From Sedimentisphaerales bacterium (GTDB taxonomy: Bacteria > Planctomycetota > Phycisphaerae > Sedimentisphaerales > SM23-30), in NCBI GenBank assembly GCA_963666285.1, contig OY762711.1: DNA of 64,000 nt; one strand, 5' to 3'. Below are positions 29,736-39,286 of the stretch, one piece after another (positions within the stretch are counted from its first letter, which is position 1; each line of letters opens with the position of its first letter). The notes under the pieces are model-generated. The model ran no database searches. It had not been told where the DNA came from and worked only from the letters and a program-made list of their open reading frames with translations. The translations under genes were made by a program, and so were the position numbers.

Positions 29736-31607
29736 TTATTTAAATAATTCTGGAGCAATTAATTTGAGTTCATTATCAACTTCTGTGCGATCATATCCTA
29801 AATCAATTAAAAGATTGCCGTAATTATTAATTGAATCAATTAAATTAGTATGTTGATGGCCGGTTTTACGTGAAAACTCAAGAAATATTTCTATTACCCT
29901 TTTAGCTATTGAAAGAGCTTCTTTTGTTCTGCTGGTTGCCTGGTACAGCATAGCTAGATTGTTTAGGTCTTTAGCTAGGTTCGGATGGTTTGGGCCAAAT
30001 AAAACTTCATCTATTTCTATTGCTCTTAACATTAGTGGTTCAGCCTTTGAATATTGTTTAGAGTAATTGTATAGAGCTGCGAGATTACTTATTGCTGTTG
30101 CTAGACTCGGATGTTGCATTCCATAAGCTTCTTCATAAATAGATATAGATTTGGTAAGTAAGCGTTCAGCTTCAGAAAAGCGACTTATATCTAGGTAATA
30201 ATTTGCAATATTGTTTAAATCTCTCGCTACTGCTGGATGATTTGGCCCGTACAATTTTTGGTCAATTTCAAGTGCTTGTATAAACAGTGGTTCAACTTTT
30301 GACATTTGGCCCGTATGTTCATAATAGGCACCCAGATTATTTAGAGAAAGTGCGGTATTGGGGTGTATTTCTCCATAAGCATTTTTATCAATTTCCAGTG
30401 TACGAAGTAATAGTGGTTCTACCTCAGAAAGTCGATTTGTATCTTTATAAATCATCGCAAGATTATTATACCATGGGGCTAAAATTGAATTATCTTTTCC
30501 TAATGTCTTTATTCCTATTGATATTGCTTTAGTCAACAAATCCTCTGCTTCTGCTAAGCGATTTGTCGCTTGGAATAATTGAGCTAAAACATTATATGCG
30601 ATAGCAATGCTATGATGATCCTCTCCGTAGTATCTATCATATATGTCAATAGCTTTTTTAATATATGACTCAGCAATTTTAAATTTATTAATAGTTTTAT
30701 AAAGTTGTGCTAAGTTAAGATATGCCGAAGCTAAACCTATATAGTCTTTGCCATAATTAGATTTAAATATTTCAATTGCGCGAATCATAAGCTGTTCAGC
30801 TTTAAAAATTCGTCCGGTATTAAAGTACAATTGGGCAAGATTATTTAATGTGATTCCTGTATTGGGATGGTTTTCTCCATATTTAAGTTTATCAGTTTCC
30901 AGTATATTGAGGATAAATGATTCAGCTTTCACGTATTGAGCTGTATGAATGTAAATGCAGGCAAGTTCATTTTTTCTACGATCAATAATATCCTGTAATT
31001 GACTGTATTTTGGTGGGTTATTTAACCATTGCTCTAATTCTGATTGACGGTTAAGCAAATCCTCATGACTCATTGAATTGATTAGTTCCGCATAATCATT
31101 ATTTGATATAGGTGGTAAGTCATCTATTCGCTTTTGCCAATTTGACATGTCTGAAAAATATAAATGATGACTTATCCATGCCCAAAAGTCTCTTGCGATT
31201 CTAGAAATGATAGTTGTTAAATATTCGGGTAGCCAGAATATAACTGGGCTTTGAAAGTGACGTTTCCATTTTTCTCTTGATAAATTTAGTTCCTGAATTA
31301 AATTTATGTTAGTATGGTTGTTGGTTACTAGTGATTCTATATTAGTAATGAAGATAGCTGTTGGTTTATGGTATTTAATTTTAAGCAGAACTTGATCTAA
31401 AATACTTCTACTTGAATCAGTAATTTCAATTATAAGAATATTTTTGTGAATTGCATTTATATTTGAAATAATGCTATTTCTAATTTCGATTGTTTGGAAT
31501 GTAGCAACTGCAAAAGAGCATGTACCTTCGCTTATTTCAATCAGTTTATTAAGATGGTTGAAGTTTTGTTTACTTTCATCAGTTAATATTGTATCAATGT
31601 CTATCAT
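29736..31607 (-). CDS. TPR-repeat protein (kinesin-light-chain-like 42-aa repeats) with a degenerate N-terminal alpha/beta domain
   Basis: Repeated YGxxHPxxAxxLNNLAxLY; N-terminal LNLSRE...IFWLP...ARDFWAW; low GC. Confidence 0.85.
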   Translation of the reverse strand: MIDIDTILTDESKQNFNHLNKLIEISEGTCSFAVATFQTIEIRNSIISNINAIHKNILIIEITDSSRSILDQVLLKIKYHKPTAIFITNIESLVTNNHTNINLIQELNLSREKWKRHFQSPVIFWLPEYLTTIISRIARDFWAWISHHLYFSDMSNWQKRIDDLPPISNNDYAELINSMSHEDLLNRQSELEQWLNNPPKYSQLQDIIDRRKNELACIYIHTAQYVKAESFILNILETDKLKYGENHPNTGITLNNLAQLYFNTGRIFKAEQLMIRAIEIFKSNYGKDYIGLASAYLNLAQLYKTINKFKIAESYIKKAIDIYDRYYGEDHHSIAIAYNVLAQLFQATNRLAEAEDLLTKAISIGIKTLGKDNSILAPWYNNLAMIYKDTNRLSEVEPLLLRTLEIDKNAYGEIHPNTALSLNNLGAYYEHTGQMSKVEPLFIQALEIDQKLYGPNHPAVARDLNNIANYYLDISRFSEAERLLTKSISIYEEAYGMQHPSLATAISNLAALYNYSKQYSKAEPLMLRAIEIDEVLFGPNHPNLAKDLNNLAMLYQATSRTKEALSIAKRVIEIFLEFSRKTGHQHTNLIDSINNYGNLLIDLGYDRTEVDNELKLIAPELFK

Positions 31608-32914
31608 CTTTTATCTTTTGATTGGTAAGGATTATCTGGTAAAAGAGGGTTAAGGTTGTACCACTCATTTCCATTTCTATATTGTAAGACAGCTCTCATG
31701 CTCAATAGGTCCATACAAATACGGTCATTATCTACAGATCGTTCAAATTGATGTTTGTGTCTAACTATTTCAATTTCTTTCCAATGTTCTTTAAATAGCT
31801 GACGACTATATGAGTTTGTTATGTTTTTAGCTGCGTTGTTGATATCGTCTTTATTTATTGGCCAATTTCCAACTGTCATAGCTGATCGAATAAGAACCAT
31901 TAATTCTCTTGGTTGTCCTCCAGATTTAGTAATTATTTCCTTTAATACATTTGTCTCATCAGAAAAAATATCACCCATTTGAACATTTGCGACATGAATA
32001 CGTTTTTTTACTATTTCTTCAAATAATTGAAATCCTTCTGTTTCATGATTGTCGCTATCATAAATTTGTGTCATTGGTATTATTGGTGGAGCTGTAGCAC
32101 CAAAACTTGTAGCTATACTTCTTTCTGATTTTGAATATGCCAAATCTATTGGTATCGTATATAACATATGGCAGTTTAATGACCTTAATTGAGTTTCCCA
32201 ATTTTCAAATAGTCTTTCGGCGCATGGCTTTTGTGTAAGATCAATGCTTGTTGTAAGTTTATCTAAGCCATCTACAATTATGACTAAGCCAGAATAGTGA
32301 TAGTTTGCAACAATCTCTCGAGCTTTATCAATATATGAATTTGCAGCATCAATCCATTGATTTGCTTTAGGTGACACGCTTTTTCTAAGGTTTTTTCGCA
32401 GCTCAGGATTTTTGGACAATGCTCCTGAAAGTTTGGCAAATCCTATGCTAAGATCAATTTCAGTAAAGTCTATTTCACTTACCATGATATTTTTTATATC
32501 TTTAAGTAACTCTTTTAAATATGTGTCCTTGATATCATGTTTAAATGCTTTTTTGATTTCCTGCGCTAGGTGAGATATTATTGCTAGTAAAACTTCTGAA
32601 AACTCTACATCTTGTGGCTCAATATTTCCTGCATCAACTATATCAAATGAGACAACAAAATATTTTTCGTCACCATTTTTAAGTTCATTCTTTAACCGTA
32701 TAAGTTCTGTGCTTTTTCCACTCCCTCGATGGCCGGCAAGTAACTGATAAGTGGGCTTTTCTGAAAGGTATATTTTGTTAGCTAGGTCTTTAATGACATT
32801 TTGACTTCCACGTGCCTTATCAAGAGATACATACAGATTATCTTGACATACATCTGGGTCAAAAAGCCTGTATAGTTTTTTTTGGAGCTCTTTGGTATCT
32901 TTCATTTGTGTCAC
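31604..32914 (-). CDS. P-loop ATPase
   Basis: Walker A GHRGSGKSTEL, Walker B IIVDGLDK, SGGQPREL; overlaps the TPR gene start. Confidence 0.85.
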   Translation of the reverse strand: MTQMKDTKELQKKLYRLFDPDVCQDNLYVSLDKARGSQNVIKDLANKIYLSEKPTYQLLAGHRGSGKSTELIRLKNELKNGDEKYFVVSFDIVDAGNIEPQDVEFSEVLLAIISHLAQEIKKAFKHDIKDTYLKELLKDIKNIMVSEIDFTEIDLSIGFAKLSGALSKNPELRKNLRKSVSPKANQWIDAANSYIDKAREIVANYHYSGLVIIVDGLDKLTTSIDLTQKPCAERLFENWETQLRSLNCHMLYTIPIDLAYSKSERSIATSFGATAPPIIPMTQIYDSDNHETEGFQLFEEIVKKRIHVANVQMGDIFSDETNVLKEIITKSGGQPRELMVLIRSAMTVGNWPINKDDINNAAKNITNSYSRQLFKEHWKEIEIVRHKHQFERSVDNDRICMDLLSMRAVLQYRNGNEWYNLNPLLPDNPYQSKDKR

Positions 32915-33082
32915 CCTATAAGTTATTTATTTGGATTATAGAAGTAATTGTATTCCTATCTAATTTTAGCATTAATACTGTTTGGGGAAAAGTTCAATTT
33001 AATATGAAATGAATACATGGCATTAGAAAATGGTAATATGATTTATGTATTTATAATAGCTAAATGCAATCATGGCCTAAAC

Positions 33083-33112
33083 AAAAAAAGCCGCTTCTTT
33101 CGAAGCGGCTTT
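33083..33112 (-). terminator. Intrinsic terminator after tRNA-Glu
   Basis: AAAGCCGCTTC-TTTC-GAAGCGGCTTT with an A tract (U tract on the minus strand). Confidence 0.85.
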
Positions 33113-33116
33113 CAAG

Positions 33117-33191
33117 TACCCCCTACGGGATTCGAACCCGTGTCGCAGGCATGAAAAGCCTGTGTCCTAGGCCTGACTAGACGAAGGGGGC
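33117..33191 (-). tRNA. tRNA-Glu (TTC), CCA not encoded
   Basis: GCCCCCT acceptor stem, CAGGC-TTTTCAT-GCCTG anticodon arm, GGTTCGAATCC T-arm. Confidence 0.97.
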
Positions 33192-33552
33192 ATGTCAGGT
33201 TTGAGCCAAGTATTATAGCATTCTTATGGATTATGTCAATATGAAATCCATCAAAATAATTAATTTTTAACTGATCTCGGAAATCACCCCAATTCAATAA
33301 TTACGCCCATACTATTAATATCGACTATCTGTCATCCCAACCTTATCTAATAATCTGACCCATCAGAAAAATAATACATCTGGTACTACCAGAGCCAATT
33401 TAGCCGAAAAATCCCAAAAATCATAGTGTTTCCTTACCCCGCCGCGCCCCGTCCGTTCGCCGCCGCTGCTCGTCGCATACCCGCCGTTGCCGTTTTCAGC
33501 TCGCCGTTTGCGTCCGCGCAAATCCGTATATAAATCCAGTATTTACAAGACT

Positions 33553-34590
33553 TTAAATTACATTTTCAAAAACACCCTCAATTTTCGCGCCGCAGCCCAT
33601 ACACGACCCGTTCAGGATATTATACTGGTCCAGCTGATAACCTTTCCGGTCAATTATCACATGCCCGCAGTCATGGCAATACGAGCTTTCCATACCCGAT
33701 CCCGGCAGATTACCGACAAAAGCATACCGCAAGCCAACATCCTTAGCTATCTGATAGGCCTTCTGCAGCGTCTCGATATCGGTCGCACCCCGGTCTGTAC
33801 ACAAATAACAAGGGCGGAACCGGCTTATATGCCAGGGCACATTAATACCCAGCTCCTTTGCTATAAACTCTGCTATTTCAGTTAGTTCTGCGCGACTGTC
33901 GTTCAACCCCGGTATCACCAGCGTCGTCACTTCCAGCCATATATGATCAGCCTGGGCAAAATATTTCAGCGTCTCCAGTACCGGCCCCAGCGTCGCCTTA
34001 CAATACGTCTTATAGAAACTGTTGGAAATGCTTTTAAGATCGATATTTGCGGCATCAAGAAAACCCGCGGCATGCTCTGCCGACTCAGCCGTCATATACC
34101 CGTTACTCACAAATATATTCTTCAATCCGTTCTCATGTGCCAGTTTTCCACAGTCTTCCGCCAGCTCCATAAATATCGTCGGCTCGGTGTAAGTATATGC
34201 TATTGCTGAACATCTGTTAGCATACGCCTGGTCGACAACCTGTTCCGGGCTCAATGTCTGACCTCTGCCGATCGGCAGTATATCCAGGTTTGGTCGGCTT
34301 ATCTGCCAGTTCTGACAGAAGTCACATTGCAAATTACAACCTGGCGTAGCGATACTCATCACCTTACTGCCCGGCAGAAAATGAAACAGCGGCTTTTTCT
34401 CCACCGGATCGACCGCAGCACTGCAAACATCGTAATAGCAAGTGCTTACAAGCTCACCATTGTCGTTGCGGCGCCCCAGGCATATACCTGTTTTGCCCGG
34501 CTTTAGCTCACAGCCGTGCGGGCAAAGCCTGCATCTTACCTTGCCATCTTCTAATTTATCCCACAATATCGCACTATGAGTCTTAGCCAT
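33553..34590 (-). CDS. amrS: AmmeMemoRadiSam system radical SAM enzyme
   Basis: CRLCPHGC, DPVEKKPLFHF, GCNLQCDFCQNWQIS, AYTYTEP, WHISRFRP. Confidence 0.92.
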   Translation of the reverse strand: MAKTHSAILWDKLEDGKVRCRLCPHGCELKPGKTGICLGRRNDNGELVSTCYYDVCSAAVDPVEKKPLFHFLPGSKVMSIATPGCNLQCDFCQNWQISRPNLDILPIGRGQTLSPEQVVDQAYANRCSAIAYTYTEPTIFMELAEDCGKLAHENGLKNIFVSNGYMTAESAEHAAGFLDAANIDLKSISNSFYKTYCKATLGPVLETLKYFAQADHIWLEVTTLVIPGLNDSRAELTEIAEFIAKELGINVPWHISRFRPCYLCTDRGATDIETLQKAYQIAKDVGLRYAFVGNLPGSGMESSYCHDCGHVIIDRKGYQLDQYNILNGSCMGCGAKIEGVFENVI

Positions 34591-34949
34591 TTCGGCTCCT
34601 TCATTAGCTATTATTATATATTCGTTTCTTATGCTATATTTATAAGTTTATAAATTGTAGATGTTTATAGTAAAACTGACTTTCGCGTCAGCTTTAAAAC
34701 AAGGTCACGATGTACATCGGGACACCTTAATTCTTCACTCTTAGTTCTTACTTCTTAACTTGTTATGTAATTATATCTCCAATATTAACACCTTGCAATA
34801 GGCACTCAAAAAGTCCTTGTGAGCTTTCCGGGCAGGTTGTATAATGTTTATTTCAACTTATATACAGTTATTGAATATATCTGTTGTATTGTTCTAAGCC
34901 TAATAAATTTAATATGTTATATTTTTTTGATTGAGAGGATTTTTATCTC

Positions 34950-36257
34950 ATGGGTCAGTTTCAACCAGTTAGTGCGATGGATTATTTACCGGTCGATCAA
35001 TTACGTGAAATTCAATTCGAGCGACTCAAAGCGATGGTCCAGCGGGCATACCATAACGTGAAATTGTTTAGCGAACGCATGGAAGATATCAATATGACAC
35101 CGGCAGACCTCAAATCGCTGGAAGATATCGCTAAACTGCCGTTTACCGTAAAGAATGATCTGAGAGATACTTACCCGTACGGCCTGTTCGCCAGCCCGCT
35201 AAACGAGGTCGTTCGCCTGCACGCTTCGTCAGGCACAACCGGCAAACCGATCGTCGTTGGCTATACCCAGTCCGATGTCGATGTCTGGGCTAGCGTTATG
35301 CACCGAACCTTTGCTTGCTGCGAACTCAACAGCAGCGATATCGTCCAGAACTCCTACGGCTACGGACTATTCACCGGCGGACTCGGTGCCCACTATGGTG
35401 CTGAAACAATGGGTGCAACTGTTATACCAACCTCTGGCGGCAATACCGAACGGCAAATCATGGTATTAAAAGACTTTGGCGTCACCGCTATCTGCAGTAC
35501 CCCTAGCTATTTCCTTCATATCCTCGATAAGGCTTCCAGTATGGGCATCGAGCTCAGCGAACTGCCGCTGCGTGCCGGTATCTTCGGTGCCGAGCCGTGG
35601 ACTGACCAGATGCGTGTCAGAATTGAAGAAGCTGCCAATATCAAAGCCTATGATATATATGGACTTAGCGAAATAATCGGACCCGGCGTTGCCAGTGCCT
35701 GTTCTGAACGCGACGGACTCCACATCTTCGAAGACCATTTCTATCCGGAGATCATCGATCCTCAAACCGGCGAAGTGCTGCCCGACGGCACAGAAGGCGA
35801 GCTAGTACTCACAACATTGAGCAAACAGGCAATGCCTATGATCAGGTACCGTACCCGCGATATTACCATGCTGAAGACAGAAAAATGTGCGTGCGGGCGT
35901 ACCATCCGTCGTATCCGCCGTATCGGCAGACGCAGCGACGACATGTTCATTATCCGCGGCGTTAACGTATTCCCATCACAGATCGAAGAAGCTTTGCTTC
36001 GCGTCGAAGGCACCGCGCCGCACTATCAAATCGTTCTTACCCGTGAAAAAGATCTCGACAAGATGGAAGTTCAGGTCGAGATTACTCCGGAAATGTTCAG
36101 CGATAACTATAGTGAAATGGAAGGGTTAAAGAAAAAAATCGCTCACGAAATTCATAATATTGTCAACATCAACGCCAATGTCAACCTGGTATCGCCAAAT
36201 ACTATCGCTCGCAGCGAAGGTAAGGCCAAACGCCTGATCGACAACCGCGAAATGTAA
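34950..36257 (+). CDS. paaK: Phenylacetate-CoA ligase family protein, paralog 1
   Basis: HASSGTTGKP, YGYGLFTGGLG, YGLSE, RYRTRD, GRRSDDMFIIRGVNVFPSQIE. Confidence 0.9.
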   Translation: MGQFQPVSAMDYLPVDQLREIQFERLKAMVQRAYHNVKLFSERMEDINMTPADLKSLEDIAKLPFTVKNDLRDTYPYGLFASPLNEVVRLHASSGTTGKPIVVGYTQSDVDVWASVMHRTFACCELNSSDIVQNSYGYGLFTGGLGAHYGAETMGATVIPTSGGNTERQIMVLKDFGVTAICSTPSYFLHILDKASSMGIELSELPLRAGIFGAEPWTDQMRVRIEEAANIKAYDIYGLSEIIGPGVASACSERDGLHIFEDHFYPEIIDPQTGEVLPDGTEGELVLTTLSKQAMPMIRYRTRDITMLKTEKCACGRTIRRIRRIGRRSDDMFIIRGVNVFPSQIEEALLRVEGTAPHYQIVLTREKDLDKMEVQVEITPEMFSDNYSEMEGLKKKIAHEIHNIVNINANVNLVSPNTIARSEGKAKRLIDNREM

Positions 36258-36273
36258 TTATACCCGGCATAAC

Positions 36274-36321
36274 CGAAGCGAATTCCTTCACTTATGCCTT
36301 ATCCCGTATCCCTTATGCCTT
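36274..36321 (+). repeat. 48-bp direct repeat, left copy
   Basis: CGAAGCGAATTCCTTCACTTATGCCTTATCCCGTATCCCTTATGCCTT, identical to 36839-36886. Confidence 0.95.
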
Positions 36322-36384
36322 GAGTATGATGTCGCTGACTTATTATTTATTGGTGTTTAAAAAATCATAAGAAAGAACAAAAAA

Positions 36385-36765
36385 ATGAGTGAATATAAGA
36401 TTAAGTCATTTAGAGACTTACATGTGTGGCAAAAATCGAAGGTATTAGTTAAAACAATTTATACTATTAGCAATAGTTTTCCGAAAGATGAAATATACGG
36501 TTTAACTAACCAGTTAAGAAGAAGTGCTGTATCTGTACCAAGCAATATTGCTGAGGGCTATGGTAGAGGCTCTCGAACAGATTATCTTAGATTTCTGAAA
36601 ATAGCAAGCGGTTCGTTATTTGAGTTAGAAACTCAAATCGAGATTGCATGTGATCTTGAGTTTATCGATCAGTTAACGCGTCAGCGTGTTATTTCAGATT
36701 CAAATGAGATTGAAAGAATGTTAGCAAGTTTAATAAAAAAATTAACAGATAAATATGATGCATAA
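36385..36765 (+). CDS. Four-helix-bundle protein (23S rRNA IVP / bAvd-like family)
   Basis: SFRDLHVWQKS, FPKDEIYGLTNQLRRSAVSVPSNIAEG, FLKIASGSLFELETQ. Confidence 0.93.
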   Translation: MSEYKIKSFRDLHVWQKSKVLVKTIYTISNSFPKDEIYGLTNQLRRSAVSVPSNIAEGYGRGSRTDYLRFLKIASGSLFELETQIEIACDLEFIDQLTRQRVISDSNEIERMLASLIKKLTDKYDA

Positions 36766-36838
36766 AATTGAAATATATCTCAAGATTTAGTAGAAGCTTA
36801 CGGTTTGCGAAGCTTTAAATATAATTAATTTGCATGAG

Positions 36839-36886
36839 CGAAGCGAATTCCTTCACTTATGCCTTATCCCGTATCCCTTATGCCTT
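36839..36886 (+). repeat. 48-bp direct repeat, right copy
   Basis: Identical to 36274-36321. Confidence 0.95.
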
Positions 36887-36905
36887 TATTATTAAGGAGT
36901 TAAAT

Positions 36906-37343
36906 ATGAAATTGAACCAATTATCTGTATTCCTCGAAAACCAGCCGGGCAGACTTAGCGAGCCTTGCGGCATATTAGCAGAAGCCGGCATAAATATCCT
37001 GACTCTGTCTCTGGCAGACACTCAACAGTTTGGCATACTTAGACTTATCGTTCGTGATTGGGAAGGTGCCAAAAAGGCGCTGACCGGTGCCGGATGCCTG
37101 GTCAAGCAGACAGAAGTGGTTGCCGTGGAAGTGCCTGATAGTCCCGGCGGGCTCGAAGAGCTGTTAAAAGTACTGGAAGAAGGAAAGGTTAACGTTGAAT
37201 ATATGTACGCATTTAGCTATCGCAGCGGCAACAAAGCCATTATGGTTTTCTGTTTCGGGAACCCTGACAAAGCGATAGAAGTCCTTCAGGCAAAAGGGAT
37301 TAACATAATGAGCAGTGTAGAACTATTCGACAAGGTCGAATAA
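36906..37343 (+). CDS. Tandem ACT-domain protein
   Basis: MKLNQLSVFLENQPGRL, ADTQQFGILRLIV, NVEYMYAF; AAGGAG RBS before ATG 36906. Confidence 0.9.
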   Translation: MKLNQLSVFLENQPGRLSEPCGILAEAGINILTLSLADTQQFGILRLIVRDWEGAKKALTGAGCLVKQTEVVAVEVPDSPGGLEELLKVLEEGKVNVEYMYAFSYRSGNKAIMVFCFGNPDKAIEVLQAKGINIMSSVELFDKVE

Positions 37344-37385
37344 TTTTATTTCCTTAAACGATTTCATTGTTGCTGATTAATCTTT

Positions 37386-37853
37386 ATGGTAAATAAAGTT
37401 ATAATTAGAACTTTCACTATTGATGACTTACAGCCTGTTGTCAGTCTGCTGCATAGAACTATTGATACTTGCTACAAACAGGTATATTCTCAGGAATGTA
37501 TTGACCGATACAAGGAATATCATTGCGTTGATAATATTATCAAAGACAGCCTCGAAGGATATACGATAGTTCTGGTAAATAATAATGTTATCGTTGGTGT
37601 TGGCGCTTCAGTAGATAACGATATAAGAAGAGTTTATGTTGATCCGAATTGCCAGAGGTCAGGTTTTGGATGCCTGATTATGGAGAATCTGGAAAACAAC
37701 ATTAAGCAGTCTGGCTTCAATGAAGCAGATTTGGCTTCATCTACTCCTTCGATAGATTTCTATCTTAGGCTGGGCTATGAAGTTCTGGAAGAGACCTATA
37801 TTGAATTGGAAAATGACAGGCTGCATTATTATAAAATGAGAAAACAATTATAA
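37386..37853 (+). CDS. GNAT N-acetyltransferase
   Basis: RRVYVDPNCQRSGFG, FYLRLGY. Confidence 0.82.
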   Translation: MVNKVIIRTFTIDDLQPVVSLLHRTIDTCYKQVYSQECIDRYKEYHCVDNIIKDSLEGYTIVLVNNNVIVGVGASVDNDIRRVYVDPNCQRSGFGCLIMENLENNIKQSGFNEADLASSTPSIDFYLRLGYEVLEETYIELENDRLHYYKMRKQL

Positions 37854-37910
37854 GTCAGGTATTTAGCTATATTTATACCTGGTGCAAAGATTTGAAGGCG
37901 GTATTTTGAA

Positions 37911-39239
37911 TTGGATATTAGTAAGATAGAGAATAAGATCTGGGATGATGCCGAGTGTATGAGTCGGGATGAGTTGGAAGCTCTTCAGCTTCAAAGACTT
38001 AAAGATACTATCAGAAGGGCCGGCACTGTTCCTTTCTATAAAAAAGTGTTCGAAGATAACAGGATCAATGCCGATGAGATTAACTCTTTATCTGATCTGG
38101 CTAAAATTCCGTTTACCAATAAAGCTGACCTGCGCGAGCATTATCCGCTTGGGTTCCTGGCCGTAGAAAAAAAAGATATTGCCAGGGTTCACGGCTCCTC
38201 CGGCACAACCGGTAAGCCGACTTTCGTCGCATATACCGAGCAGGATCGAGCTCTTTGGGCCAATCTGTGTGCCCGGTTCCTCACCGCCGGCGGGCTTCGC
38301 CCGGAACATTTGGTGCAGGTATCCTTTGGCTACGGCTTGTTTACTGGCGGGTTCGGGCTTCATTATGGTATCGAACGGGTAGGGGCCTCGGTTGTACCGG
38401 TTTCCGCCGGCAATACCCCTCGACAAGTCATGATACTCAAAGACCTTGGTGCTGATGCACTTATATGCACGCCGAGCTATGCCCTTCAGATTGCTGAAGC
38501 TGCCACCGAGCAGGGTATCGATGTTACTTCGCTCCGACTTAAGATCGGTCACTTTGGGGGCGAGCCTTGGACCGAAGATATGAGAATTCGTATCGAGAAG
38601 GAGCTGGATATAGCCGCTTTCAATAACTATGGTCTCAGCGAGATCATCGGCCCCGGTGTGAGTGGTGAATGTATCTATCGTAAAGGCATGCACATACAGG
38701 AAGATCACTTTATTGTCGAATGTATCGATCCGAGAACCGGCGAGCTGGTGGCCCCCGGCAATCACGGTGAGCTGGTATTTACTTCGCTTACCAAACAGGC
38801 AATGCCGATCATCCGATATCGTACCCGTGATATATCTTTCCTGGACTACGACAAGTGCGATTGCGGACGGACTACCTGCCGTATGGGACGAGTAGTTGGC
38901 CGTAGCGACGATATGCTTATTATACGCGGCGTTAACGTATTTCCGTCACAGATCGAAGAGGCTCTTTTGCAGGTTGAAGGAACCGCACCGCATTATTTAA
39001 TTGAAGTGGATAGGCCAAACAATCTCGATGAAGTTATCGTACATGTAGAGATGCTCGAAGAATATTTTTCTGATAAGATGAGCGATATGCAGGTGTTACG
39101 TGATCGAATATTGCATGAAATTCGTGTTGTTGCTAATATTAGTGTCAAGATCAACCTCGTCGCACCAAAATCTATTGAACGTGGGTTTGGTAAGGCCAAA
39201 CGTGTTATAGATCGTCGTAAAGAAAAAGGGATGATTTAA
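37911..39239 (+). CDS. paaK: Phenylacetate-CoA ligase family protein, paralog 2
   Basis: HGSSGTTGKP, FGYGLFTGGFG, NYGLSE, GRSDDMLIIRGVNVFPSQIE. Confidence 0.9.
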   Translation: MDISKIENKIWDDAECMSRDELEALQLQRLKDTIRRAGTVPFYKKVFEDNRINADEINSLSDLAKIPFTNKADLREHYPLGFLAVEKKDIARVHGSSGTTGKPTFVAYTEQDRALWANLCARFLTAGGLRPEHLVQVSFGYGLFTGGFGLHYGIERVGASVVPVSAGNTPRQVMILKDLGADALICTPSYALQIAEAATEQGIDVTSLRLKIGHFGGEPWTEDMRIRIEKELDIAAFNNYGLSEIIGPGVSGECIYRKGMHIQEDHFIVECIDPRTGELVAPGNHGELVFTSLTKQAMPIIRYRTRDISFLDYDKCDCGRTTCRMGRVVGRSDDMLIIRGVNVFPSQIEEALLQVEGTAPHYLIEVDRPNNLDEVIVHVEMLEEYFSDKMSDMQVLRDRILHEIRVVANISVKINLVAPKSIERGFGKAKRVIDRRKEKGMI

Positions 39240-39286
39240 TAAGTCCTTTATAATAACGTAGATATGTTGAGAGAGAGTAGATATTT

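Noticed and set aside
29736..33191. Integrative island at tRNA-Glu
   Set aside because: No integrase and no duplicate of the tRNA 3' end seen in the window.
36385..36765. Diversity-generating retroelement (Avd-like gene)
   Set aside because: No reverse transcriptase and no adenine-mismatched template/variable repeat pair; the flanking repeats are identical.
12236..36886. Possible CRISPR array or integron attC sites among the repeats
   Set aside because: No regularly spaced repeat-spacer units, no cas or integron integrase gene, no convincing RYYYAAC/GTTRRRY pairs.
36834..36905. N-terminal extension of the ACT ORF
   Set aside because: It is a translation of the 48-bp repeat; the RBS supports ATG 36906.
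34950..39239. Two paaK copies as a recent duplication
   Set aside because: Sequences are clearly diverged, and paired paaK paralogs with an ACT gene are a common arrangement in anaerobes.
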